Source of the DNA: Treponemataceae bacterium
Lineage (GTDB): Bacteria; Spirochaetota; Spirochaetia; Treponematales; Rectinemataceae
Assembly (NCBI GenBank): GCA_963667725.2
Contig: CAXXHO010000003.1
Coordinates: forward strand, 1,088,001 to 1,152,000
Reading direction: 5' to 3'
DNA length: 64,000 nt
The stretch's first letter is position 1; each line of letters opens with the position of its first letter. Shown here one piece after another: positions 1 through 8,425 of this stretch. Position numbers and translations under genes: made by a program. Under the pieces are notes generated by a model. That model saw only the letters and a program-made list of their open reading frames with translations, did no database searches and was not told where the DNA came from.

Positions 1-1512
1 GTTGCCCTACGAGCCTGCTTTAAGGCGATGATGTCGGGCAAACAAGTGGCTTTCCTCGCGCCCACGACGATTCTCGCGGAGCAGCACTATGAGAACTTCC
101 TGGAGCGGCTCGAAGGCTATCCTATCCAGGTGGGCATCCTTTCGCGGCTCGTGGACAAGAAGCAGCAGAAGAAGACTATCCAGGGACTTCTGTCGGGAAG
201 CATCGACATGGTCATAGGAACCCACAAGATCCTGCAGAAGGACGTGGCTTTCAAGGATCTGGGGCTTCTCGTCATCGACGAGGAGCAGCGTTTCGGGGTG
301 AAGGACAAGGAAAGGCTCAAGGAAATGAAGGCCGGCATAGACTGTCTCACGCTGACCGCGACGCCCATACCCCGGACTCTGCATATGTCCATGCTGAAGA
401 TCAGGGACATGTCCATCCTCCAGACGCCTCCCGCCGCGCGCCAGCCCATCCAGACCTATGTCGAGGAATTCAACCCGGAAGTTATAGCGCGCGCCATCAG
501 GAACGAGATGGAGCGCGGCGGCCAGGTTTTCTACCTGCACAACAGGATAGAAAGTCTGCCTGAGGTGGAGCAGTTCATCCGGTCCATCGTGCCGGAAGCC
601 CTGACTGAATCGGCCCATGGACAGATGGATTCGGGCGAGCTGGAAGACATCATGCACCGCTTTATCCACGGCGCCTTCCATGTCCTCGTCTCCACGTCGA
701 TCATCGAGAACGGCATAGATATTCCCAACGTCAATACGATCATCATCGATAGGGCCGATTTCTACGGCATCTCCCAGCTCTATCAGCTCAGGGGCAGGGT
801 GGGCCGTTCGGACCGGCAGGCTTTCGCCTATCTTCTCTATCCCGACAAGCGGGCCTTGAGCGAAATCGCCATGAAGCGCCTGCAGATCATATCGGACTTC
901 ACCGAACTGGGATCCGGATTCAAGATCGCCATGAAAGATCTGGAAGTGAGAGGAGCGGGGAACCTCCTGGGGCGCGAGCAATCGGGAGATATCTTCGCCG
1001 TGGGATTCGACATGTACCTGAAACTGCTCGATGACGCCATAAACGCTCTCTCCGGAGCGCCCCAGGAAGAAGAAGAGCCCTACCTCGAGCTGGAGTATTC
1101 AGGCTATATCCCCGATACCTATATTTCCATGCCGATGATCAAGATGGAAATCTACAAGAAAATCGCTTCGATTTACAAACAGGGCGAGCTGGACGCTCTG
1201 CAGGAAGAACTCGAGAGCCGCTTCGGCCCGATGCCCGAGGAGCTTCAATCCCTGCTTTCCCTGGCCGAGATAAGGATTCTTTGCCGAAAGCTCTCCGTTT
1301 CGACCTTGAAAGAGCGCGGGGGGAGGGTGATCGTGGAATTTTCGAAGGTATCGAAGATCTCGGTCGAAAGGCTTCTGCGCCTCATGCGCGAATCGAACGG
1401 CCGAGTGAAGCTCGACCCCGGAAAACCCAATGCCATCATTCTTCAGACAAAAGCCATCGGACTTCGGGAGAAAAGCGAATTCATACGCGAACGCCTCGCT
1501 TCGCTTGCCTGA
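1..1512 (+). CDS. mfd: Transcription-repair coupling factor, C-terminal part (5' truncated by window)
   Basis: SF2 motifs LAPTTILAEQH, DEEQRFGV, LTATPIPRTL, QLRGRVGRS; TRG motif DLEVRGAGNLLG; TRCF C-terminal domain; frame open from base 1. Confidence 0.97.
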   Translation, partial: VALRACFKAMMSGKQVAFLAPTTILAEQHYENFLERLEGYPIQVGILSRLVDKKQQKKTIQGLLSGSIDMVIGTHKILQKDVAFKDLGLLVIDEEQRFGVKDKERLKEMKAGIDCLTLTATPIPRTLHMSMLKIRDMSILQTPPAARQPIQTYVEEFNPEVIARAIRNEMERGGQVFYLHNRIESLPEVEQFIRSIVPEALTESAHGQMDSGELEDIMHRFIHGAFHVLVSTSIIENGIDIPNVNTIIIDRADFYGISQLYQLRGRVGRSDRQAFAYLLYPDKRALSEIAMKRLQIISDFTELGSGFKIAMKDLEVRGAGNLLGREQSGDIFAVGFDMYLKLLDDAINALSGAPQEEEEPYLELEYSGYIPDTYISMPMIKMEIYKKIASIYKQGELDALQEELESRFGPMPEELQSLLSLAEIRILCRKLSVSTLKERGGRVIVEFSKVSKISVERLLRLMRESNGRVKLDPGKPNAIILQTKAIGLREKSEFIRERLASLA

Positions 1513-1527
1513 CCGGCTCGCGTTCTT

Positions 1528-2301
1528 TCAGCGGGTGTTTTTCGGCTTGAGGCCAGCTCTTTGCCCGAAAAGAAAGACGGCGGGGATCTTGCCGATTTTA
1601 GGAAGGGGAGCCGCCCTCCACTGGGCGCCGGGTTTGCTCAGTATGCTTTCCGCCGAACCACATAGACCCGAGGCTACACAGAGCCATAGATCGTCCGGAA
1701 CAAGGCTGGCCAGATCGGCAAGCAGCGCGTCGTTCCTGTAGGGCGTCTCGATGAATATTCTCGTCATCCCATCGCTCCGCAAGTCCTTGAGCAACCGCAG
1801 AACCGCCGAGCGCCGCGCGCTCTTTTCCTGGGGAAGGTAACCCAGGAAAGCAAAACGCTGCGCGTCGATCCCGGAGGCGGTGAGCGCGAGAATGATGGAG
1901 GAGGGGCCGGAGACTGGCAGGATCGGTATTCCTCTGGAATGAGCGAAGGAAACGAGGGCAGCTCCCGGATCGGCGATGCAGGGCATTCCCGCCTCGGTGA
2001 AGAATCCGCAGTCGCGGCCGTCGAGCGCTTCCGCGAGGAGGCCGGGAATATCTGACTCGCTGCTGTGTTCGTCCAGAATTTTCATGGAAAGCTTTTCCAT
2101 CGACTCCTTATCCTTAAGCCTCGAAAGAAGCCGAAGCGCGGTGCGTTCCGATTCCACGATAAAGAAATCCAGCGAGCCGAGAAGGCGTAGGGCCTCGGCT
2201 GGCAGTGACTGCGCGAGTTTGACGGGAGCCCAGCTTTCCGCTTCATAGGGCTGAAGGGGAGCGGGGAGGAGATAGAGTTTCCCTGGTGTTTTTCTGCTCA
2301 T
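1528..2301 (-). CDS. RsmI-like SAM-dependent methyltransferase (tetrapyrrole methylase fold)
   Basis: GKLYLLPAPL, FIVESERTA, EAGMPCIADPG, VSGPSS, FAFLGYLP, FIETPYRN; ATGA overlap with upstream FAD subunit. Confidence 0.88.
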   Translation of the reverse strand: MSRKTPGKLYLLPAPLQPYEAESWAPVKLAQSLPAEALRLLGSLDFFIVESERTALRLLSRLKDKESMEKLSMKILDEHSSESDIPGLLAEALDGRDCGFFTEAGMPCIADPGAALVSFAHSRGIPILPVSGPSSIILALTASGIDAQRFAFLGYLPQEKSARRSAVLRLLKDLRSDGMTRIFIETPYRNDALLADLASLVPDDLWLCVASGLCGSAESILSKPGAQWRAAPLPKIGKIPAVFLFGQRAGLKPKNTR

Positions 2302-3125
2302 GAGAACAGCCTTTCAAAAGCTTCCTCGAGCAGCGACAGGAATAGGCGGCGGTCGAACCAGTCCTGGCTTTCAAAGGCGCTCATGTAATCATCGATGATG
2401 GCTTGTACTTCCTTGGACGCCGAAGAAGTCTTTTTACCCGCGATGGACATTTCCCTATCCTTCAGGCGGAATGCCTGAACGCCGGCGAATGCGAGTCTGA
2501 AATCCTCAATCTTTCCTCGCTCGATATTGGCTATACAGACAAAGGATGCCGTTTCACGACCTGGGAATTGCCCGAGACCAAGCTTTCGGTGGAATATGAA
2601 GTTATACGAATATAGGGGAATTCTTACTCTGGAGAGCAGCGCTATCCGCGGGAAACTCGGCTTTCCGTCCTCGCCGCATAAATGCGATACGCTGGCCCAA
2701 CGGGTTCCCGAAGGAGTCTTGAGTTCCACCTGCGCGTCCATGCAGGCCAAATAAGGCCACAGATCCATGAAACGGGAACGGCAGCAGAGGTTGCCCCCAA
2801 TCGTCGCGACATTCCGGATGGCATGATTGGCGATGGAATCGATTATTTCGGGGAGGGGGTCGGGGAGCGTACCTGGAGTAAGCGACAACAGGCCGGTGAG
2901 GGTCGTGCAGCAGCCCAGTTCGATGAATTGTTCCGTACGGATGGTTTTCCTTAGTTCCTGAACTTTGGCTATGGACGCTACCTGAGCGGGAAATTCAAGG
3001 GCTCGCGTCGTCTGCGATCCGACGATTTCAGTCCCGCCGGCCAGAATCTGGATTTCGGGATTGGCGCGAATGAGCGTGAGAATCTCAGCCGTCGAAGTTG
3101 GGTAGTATGGCTCACTTATCCGCAC
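2298..3125 (-). CDS. Xanthine dehydrogenase/CoxM-family FAD-binding subunit
   Basis: LAGGTE and IRNVATIGGNL FAD-binding motifs; GTG start overlapping the Fe-S subunit gene. Confidence 0.88.
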   Translation of the reverse strand: MRISEPYYPTSTAEILTLIRANPEIQILAGGTEIVGSQTTRALEFPAQVASIAKVQELRKTIRTEQFIELGCCTTLTGLLSLTPGTLPDPLPEIIDSIANHAIRNVATIGGNLCCRSRFMDLWPYLACMDAQVELKTPSGTRWASVSHLCGEDGKPSFPRIALLSRVRIPLYSYNFIFHRKLGLGQFPGRETASFVCIANIERGKIEDFRLAFAGVQAFRLKDREMSIAGKKTSSASKEVQAIIDDYMSAFESQDWFDRRLFLSLLEEAFERLFS

Positions 3126-3600
3126 GATTGAATTTCCTTTTATTGCGCATTTCCGCAGCCATGCCTACCGCTTTTACGAGCGAGACCGGATCCGTGCAGG
3201 AGCAGGCAACCATGTCCAGCTGTTTCAGAATTTCTTTCTCTTCGGGAAGCGGGCTGCGTCCAAGGAGGTCGAGAATGGCCATGATCTTCCCTGTTCTGCA
3301 GAAAGCGCAGGGAAGCGCCTCGGCTTTCTCCATAGCCAGGATGATCTCCTTGACGTCGGGCATATCCTTGAACGCCTCATAGCTCTGTATGGTGGATCCT
3401 TTCGCCTTGAAGGCGGGGACGAGACAGGAAAGAACGAGGCGTCCGTCCATAAATATGAAGCAGCGGCCGCACTTGCCCGAAAGGCAGTCGGGAAGAAGGC
3501 TGGAAAGGGAAAGCTCGTCGCGCAGGACATCGACGAGTCGATCGCCGCTTCGCGCCTGGAGATGTTTCGGTTCGCCGTTCACATTCAGGTCTATGATCAT
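3112..3600 (-). CDS. Xanthine dehydrogenase/CoxS-family 2x[2Fe-2S] subunit
   Basis: LNVNG start, CLSGKCGRC...LSC, CAFC and CSC: eight cluster cysteines. Confidence 0.9.
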   Translation of the reverse strand: MIIDLNVNGEPKHLQARSGDRLVDVLRDELSLSSLLPDCLSGKCGRCFIFMDGRLVLSCLVPAFKAKGSTIQSYEAFKDMPDVKEIILAMEKAEALPCAFCRTGKIMAILDLLGRSPLPEEKEILKQLDMVACSCTDPVSLVKAVGMAAEMRNKRKFNRADK

Positions 3601-5684
3601 GTGGTCTCCAGGAGCTTTAGAATTTCGCTCCCCTGAAGGGGCAGCTGGCGAGGCTCCACGCCGAGCGCTTGGGTCAGGGCACTGTAGAAAGCGGCCGGCA
3701 CGGTGATGAAAGGCAGTTCACCCAATCCGCGCGCCACGCTAGTCTTTTCTGATTCAATAAATTCTATGCCGATGGTTGGAAGATCCAGAAGACTCAGGTT
3801 CCGATCGCGAAGATATTCCTCGCTCTCTATGCCTTCAGGATTGAAGTCTGCTCCCGTGCATAGGTTGAGAGCGGCTATTATTGAAGAACGGAGTGAGGAA
3901 AGCGCCTTCTCCTTGGAGACGATCCTGCCGGCGTCGACGACCATCCAGACCGCGAGAGGCTTCGGCTCGCCGCTGATCGTGTCGATTTCGACCTCAACGG
4001 CCGTGCCGCACCATGAAGCCGAATCCAGGAAAATATTTCCCTGCGCCGGACTCTTGTCGAGGCCAGGGTTTTTAGGCGAGCGCGTCTGTACCTTCGCGAC
4101 GATGGGCAGGCTTTCCCTGAAACGCTTTTTCTGGATTGCCTTGCAGGTTCTTTCGATCAGCTTGTTTACCGTTGAAGCGCCGCGCGACAAGGTTAATGGA
4201 CCGCAGGGATTCGTCCTGTCCGTATCGGGGGGAGAAAAATGTATGGTCTCGGGCGGAATCGAGAGGAGGGCTGAGGCTGTCGTCTTCCACATCGCCTTGA
4301 GGCTTTCCGAGCCGATGGACGCCTGAGTGTTAATGATGAGATCCAGGTCCCTGTCGAGGGTTGTTTCGACCGAATAGGCATTCATCGAGGGTTGATTGGA
4401 AAAAGTCTGTCCGGTTTGATAGCCCACCGTGAGGGCGATGCCGCGGACGATGCCTTCCCGGCATCCAGGATCCCTTTTTTTAACAAGTTCGTAGCTGGCG
4501 TACTTTCGTCGATAATCTGAAATCTTTTCTAGCTTCTTGTGAATTTTCGCGAAGGGGATCTCATAGTCGAGAGGTTTGCTTCCGAAGTTGGATGAACCTT
4601 TAGCGAGCATATTCAGCGTTTTAATCTCGGCGGGAGTCTTGCCTAATGTTTTCGCGAGATGATTCAGGTGCGATTCGATGGAGAAAAAGGCATGCGTCGC
4701 GCCGATGCTCCCCATGGCGCCTAGAGGAATGATGTTGCTCTTGATGGCATAAGCTTCGAGCCGTATCGAAGGGCAGGCGTAGATGCCTGTGATTGCGGCG
4801 GCGGCTTGGTGGACAAGTTCCCGCGCCAGGGGATTGTAGATGCCGATATTGATGATGATCTTGATGTCGAGGGCCTGAAGCTTGCCCTGTTCATTGGTGG
4901 CCGATTTTATCGTAACAGCGCTCCGAGCCTGTTTGGGGGTGCGAAGGAAATCTTCCTTTCGTGTATACAGCAGCTTTACGGGCTTTTTGCAGACCTTGGC
5001 CGCTATGGCTGCCTGGCAGGCCACGATTGAGGGGAACCATAGGCGGCCGTCGAGCGATCTGCCCAAATCGGTAGGCCGCACGACGATGTCCGTTTCAGGC
5101 ACTCGCATGATGGCGGCCACGGATCTTCTCACGTCAGAAGGCCACTGCGAGGCGCAGTAAATGGCCATCTTGTCATATTCCCAGTTGGCGATGGCTCCCA
5201 TGGGTTCGCTGTAATGGTGATCGAAAATTCCGTTCCGGTAGACCGCGCGCTCTATATGTTGGCTTTTTTCAAAAGCTAGGTCGATATCCCCATAGTCGAT
5301 CGCGTATTTATAGCCGATCTGCGAGGAAGAGAAGCTTTCCCATTCCAGCTGGGGTTCTTCCTCTTCGTATTCGACTGCCACGGATCCAGCGAGTTCGTCG
5401 CATATCGCCGCGTCCGGTCCCGTGATCAATCCGAGAGCCTCGCCTTTGTAGGAAACGGTCTTTTCGGCGAAGAGGTAAAAGTCATCGCCAAAGATTAGAG
5501 GTATGTCTTCCTCCATGATATCCGAGGCGATGAGGCAGCGATATCCTGCGGGAAGCTTAGGCCGGGTAATCTTGAAATTTTTTGCCCTGACGACGGTGGA
5601 ACGAATCGTGGAAGCGTACAGCATGCCCGGGAACTGCATGGAGCTGAGGAGGGGCAATGCTTCGGAAGCGTTCTTTTCCGTCAA
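3597..5684 (-). CDS. Xanthine dehydrogenase/CoxL-family large subunit, divergent
   Basis: PGMLYA, VSYKGEALG, HHYSEP, KPVKLLYTRKEDF, AVEVEIDTISGE, VVDAGRIV, RGLGE; TTG start overlaps loaP stop. Confidence 0.85.
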   Translation of the reverse strand: MTEKNASEALPLLSSMQFPGMLYASTIRSTVVRAKNFKITRPKLPAGYRCLIASDIMEEDIPLIFGDDFYLFAEKTVSYKGEALGLITGPDAAICDELAGSVAVEYEEEEPQLEWESFSSSQIGYKYAIDYGDIDLAFEKSQHIERAVYRNGIFDHHYSEPMGAIANWEYDKMAIYCASQWPSDVRRSVAAIMRVPETDIVVRPTDLGRSLDGRLWFPSIVACQAAIAAKVCKKPVKLLYTRKEDFLRTPKQARSAVTIKSATNEQGKLQALDIKIIINIGIYNPLARELVHQAAAAITGIYACPSIRLEAYAIKSNIIPLGAMGSIGATHAFFSIESHLNHLAKTLGKTPAEIKTLNMLAKGSSNFGSKPLDYEIPFAKIHKKLEKISDYRRKYASYELVKKRDPGCREGIVRGIALTVGYQTGQTFSNQPSMNAYSVETTLDRDLDLIINTQASIGSESLKAMWKTTASALLSIPPETIHFSPPDTDRTNPCGPLTLSRGASTVNKLIERTCKAIQKKRFRESLPIVAKVQTRSPKNPGLDKSPAQGNIFLDSASWCGTAVEVEIDTISGEPKPLAVWMVVDAGRIVSKEKALSSLRSSIIAALNLCTGADFNPEGIESEEYLRDRNLSLLDLPTIGIEFIESEKTSVARGLGELPFITVPAAFYSALTQALGVEPRQLPLQGSEILKLLETT

Positions 5685-6256
5685 TGGCCCGCCTCCTCGG
5701 CCATTTCCTTCGCAGCATTCTTTGCCGTATCCTCGGCTTTATCCTTGACCGCTTCCAGGATTTCGAAACCGAGGTCGAACGTTATGGGCGAATCGGTCAT
5801 CTCGAACTTGATCTTGGCTCTTCGTTTTCTCTTATCAACCTTGATGATACGGCCTTCCAGCCCCATCATCGGTCCCTGGATCACCTTTATGCGGTTGTTT
5901 TCATCGAAAGATACGAGCGAGGAGCCAATCTCCCTGCCGAAGGAGAGAAGGTGGCGTATGATCTCCGAATCCCTGTCGCTCAAGGGCTTGATGCCGTCGG
6001 TGGCCGGCAGTACGCGCGCGAAGTGTCTCGTGCGCCTGAAAATCCTAATGAGTTCGGCGGAAGGTTTGTCCTCAGGGTACTGAAAAAAGACATATCCCGG
6101 GAAAAGACAGTTCATGAGAAAAACAACCTTGCCTCTTCGTCTGGATTTGAGCTTTTTTTTGATGTTGTAAAGCGGCTGATCGGGTCGGGTTTTTGAGAAA
6201 AGTTCAATAAAGTCATCTTCCCTGCCGGTCATCACCTGGATAACAAAAAAATTCAT
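5681..6256 (-). CDS. loaP: NusG-paralogue transcription antiterminator, LoaP type
   Basis: FVIQVMTGRE N-terminus, basic RRRGK hairpin, LFPGYVF (NGN domain), KOW VIQGPMMGLEGRIIKVDKRKRRAKI typical of LoaP. Confidence 0.85.
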   Translation of the reverse strand: MNFFVIQVMTGREDDFIELFSKTRPDQPLYNIKKKLKSRRRGKVVFLMNCLFPGYVFFQYPEDKPSAELIRIFRRTRHFARVLPATDGIKPLSDRDSEIIRHLLSFGREIGSSLVSFDENNRIKVIQGPMMGLEGRIIKVDKRKRRAKIKFEMTDSPITFDLGFEILEAVKDKAEDTAKNAAKEMAEEAGH

Positions 6257-6356
6257 GGTCTGCCTTTGAGTAGCATTCTATACAGGCGCACATTGTAGGA
6301 TGGAACAGCCGATTTTGCAATGCGAAGCTCTAGGAAGCTATAGACAGCCGCAACCT

Positions 6357-6386
6357 TTGACAAGAACTGAAGGGCCATACTATCAT
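6357..6386 (+). promoter_or_regulatory. Sigma70-type promoter of ligA
   Basis: TTGACA-18 nt-TATCAT, 6 nt before ATG 6393. Confidence 0.7.
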
Positions 6387-6392
6387 TCCTCC

Positions 6393-8363
6393 ATGGCAGA
6401 ACTTACAAGACCTGAGCGCGTCGCCGAACTGGAAAAGCTCATCGTGACGCATCAGCGGCTCTACTATAACGCCGAGCCGGCGATCAGCGACGAAGAATTC
6501 GACGCGCTCTGGTCTGAACTGGAAGACCTGGATCCGGCCAACGCGCTTTTGCGAAGGATTGGCGAGGACAAGGCCGACGGCTGGCCAAAAGTCAGACATA
6601 CCATTCCGATGGGAAGCCAGGCTAAGGCTACCGATCCCGACTCCTTCGAAGCCTGGGCCAATAAGATGAAGTTCGAGAAGTATATCGTACAGTACAAGAT
6701 GGATGGGGCGAGCCTGGAAATCCAGTATCGAAACGGCCTTCTCGTCCGCGCGGTGACGCGAGGGGACGGAACGATAGGCGACGACATAACTCCGAACGCC
6801 CGCAGGATGATCGGGCTGCCCGCTACCTTGCCTTCGGCCTTTACGGGCGGCGTGCGCGGTGAAGTTCTCATGCCCAGGCGCGTTCATGACGAAAAATACG
6901 CCGACAAGGCCAATTGCAGGAACGCCGCCAACGGAATCATGAAGCGCAAGGACGGCGTCGGCTGTGAAGACTTGGCTGTCATCTGTTACGATGCCACCGG
7001 AAGCGTCGGTTCCCCGAAGGAGAAGGATCTATTCAGCGATGTGGACGCTCCCGCCGAGGAATCCTCTCCTTTTTCGAACGAAATGGAAAAGCTCGACTGG
7101 CTCGCCAGGATGGGTTTTTCGGTGGTTGCGACACGGGTTTTCGAGAACGTAAAGGAAGTGGTCGACTACAGGGGCAGGATAATGGCATTGCGCCCCAGCC
7201 TGGAGTACGATATTGACGGCCTCGTCGTAAAAGGTCTCGCCATCGACGAGGAAGATCTCGCGAAACCCCGGCCTGAAAAGCAGATAGCCTTCAAGTTCAG
7301 CCCCGAAGAGGCGGTAACAAGGCTGAAAGCCATCGAATGGAGCGAATCGGGATCCCTTTATACGCCCATCGGCATCGTCGATCCGGTGCGTCTCGCCGGC
7401 ACCACAGTCCAGCGCGCCAATCTCTGCAATCCCGACATGATCCGTTCCATGAAGCTGAAACTAGGTTCCCTGGTAGTGATAACCAAACGCGGCGAAATCA
7501 TACCCAAGATCGAGACGCTCGTGGAAAATCCGCCCGAAGCCTCCGACATCGAGCAGCCCAGCGTCTGTGGAACCTGCGGAACGCCCTTGGTCGATGAGGG
7601 GACGAGGCTTTTCTGCCCGAACGAGCTTTGTCCCAAGAAAGAGCTCCACCGAGTGGAAAAGTGGCTCACCATCCTGGACATAAGGGATTTCGGCTCGGCC
7701 CTTGTAAGGCGGCTTCATGAGGCGGGGAAGGTGAAGACTATCGCCGATCTCTATAGCCTCACCGTCGAGGAAATGCAGGGGATCGAGCATATGGGGAAGA
7801 TTTCGGCGCAGAAGGTGCTCCGCAATCTACATGCCGTCAAGGAAGTCAGCCTTGCCGAGTTCATCGCGGGATTCGATCTGGAAAACGTCGGCCTCCTCGT
7901 GGCCGACAAGCTTGCGAGGGGAGGATTCCCGACTTTAGCTTCCTTGTTCGGCGCGACCGATGCCGATCTCATAAAGATAGACGGCATCGCCGAGACGATG
8001 GCCGCCAGTATCATCAAGGGACTTGCCGCGGTGAAGGACGAGATGAAGCTCCTTCTTGAAGGCGGCGCCGTAATTATCAAGGAATCCGCCCTCGTTTCGG
8101 ATCGAGAGGTTCCCGGGAACCCGATCGCAGGCAAGAGCTTCTGTTTTACCGGGGAACTTCGATCGATGAAAAGGCCCGAAGCCGAAAAGAAAATCAGGGA
8201 TCTCGGGGGCACGGCTAAATCATCGGTCGTGAAAAACCTGGACTTCCTTGTCACCAACGACCCCGGATCGGGATCCGACAAGAACCGGAAGGCGAGGGGA
8301 TACGGAGTGGCCATCATCGGCGAGGATGAGCTGCTCGCCATGTTTGCCGCTTCGCAGCCTTGA
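6393..8363 (+). CDS. ligA: NAD-dependent DNA ligase
   Basis: YYNAEPAISDEEFD, KMDG adenylation motif, TRGDG, RNAANG, IAFKF, Cys4 zinc finger, HhH repeats, BRCT (FCFTG...LGG); start moved to ATG 6393. Confidence 0.97.
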   Translation: MAELTRPERVAELEKLIVTHQRLYYNAEPAISDEEFDALWSELEDLDPANALLRRIGEDKADGWPKVRHTIPMGSQAKATDPDSFEAWANKMKFEKYIVQYKMDGASLEIQYRNGLLVRAVTRGDGTIGDDITPNARRMIGLPATLPSAFTGGVRGEVLMPRRVHDEKYADKANCRNAANGIMKRKDGVGCEDLAVICYDATGSVGSPKEKDLFSDVDAPAEESSPFSNEMEKLDWLARMGFSVVATRVFENVKEVVDYRGRIMALRPSLEYDIDGLVVKGLAIDEEDLAKPRPEKQIAFKFSPEEAVTRLKAIEWSESGSLYTPIGIVDPVRLAGTTVQRANLCNPDMIRSMKLKLGSLVVITKRGEIIPKIETLVENPPEASDIEQPSVCGTCGTPLVDEGTRLFCPNELCPKKELHRVEKWLTILDIRDFGSALVRRLHEAGKVKTIADLYSLTVEEMQGIEHMGKISAQKVLRNLHAVKEVSLAEFIAGFDLENVGLLVADKLARGGFPTLASLFGATDADLIKIDGIAETMAASIIKGLAAVKDEMKLLLEGGAVIIKESALVSDREVPGNPIAGKSFCFTGELRSMKRPEAEKKIRDLGGTAKSSVVKNLDFLVTNDPGSGSDKNRKARGYGVAIIGEDELLAMFAASQP

Positions 8364-8425
8364 ACGACAGAGCCCCGAAGCGATAGTATCGGATAACCTT
8401 AGCGATGATTGCGGAGAAACATGCG

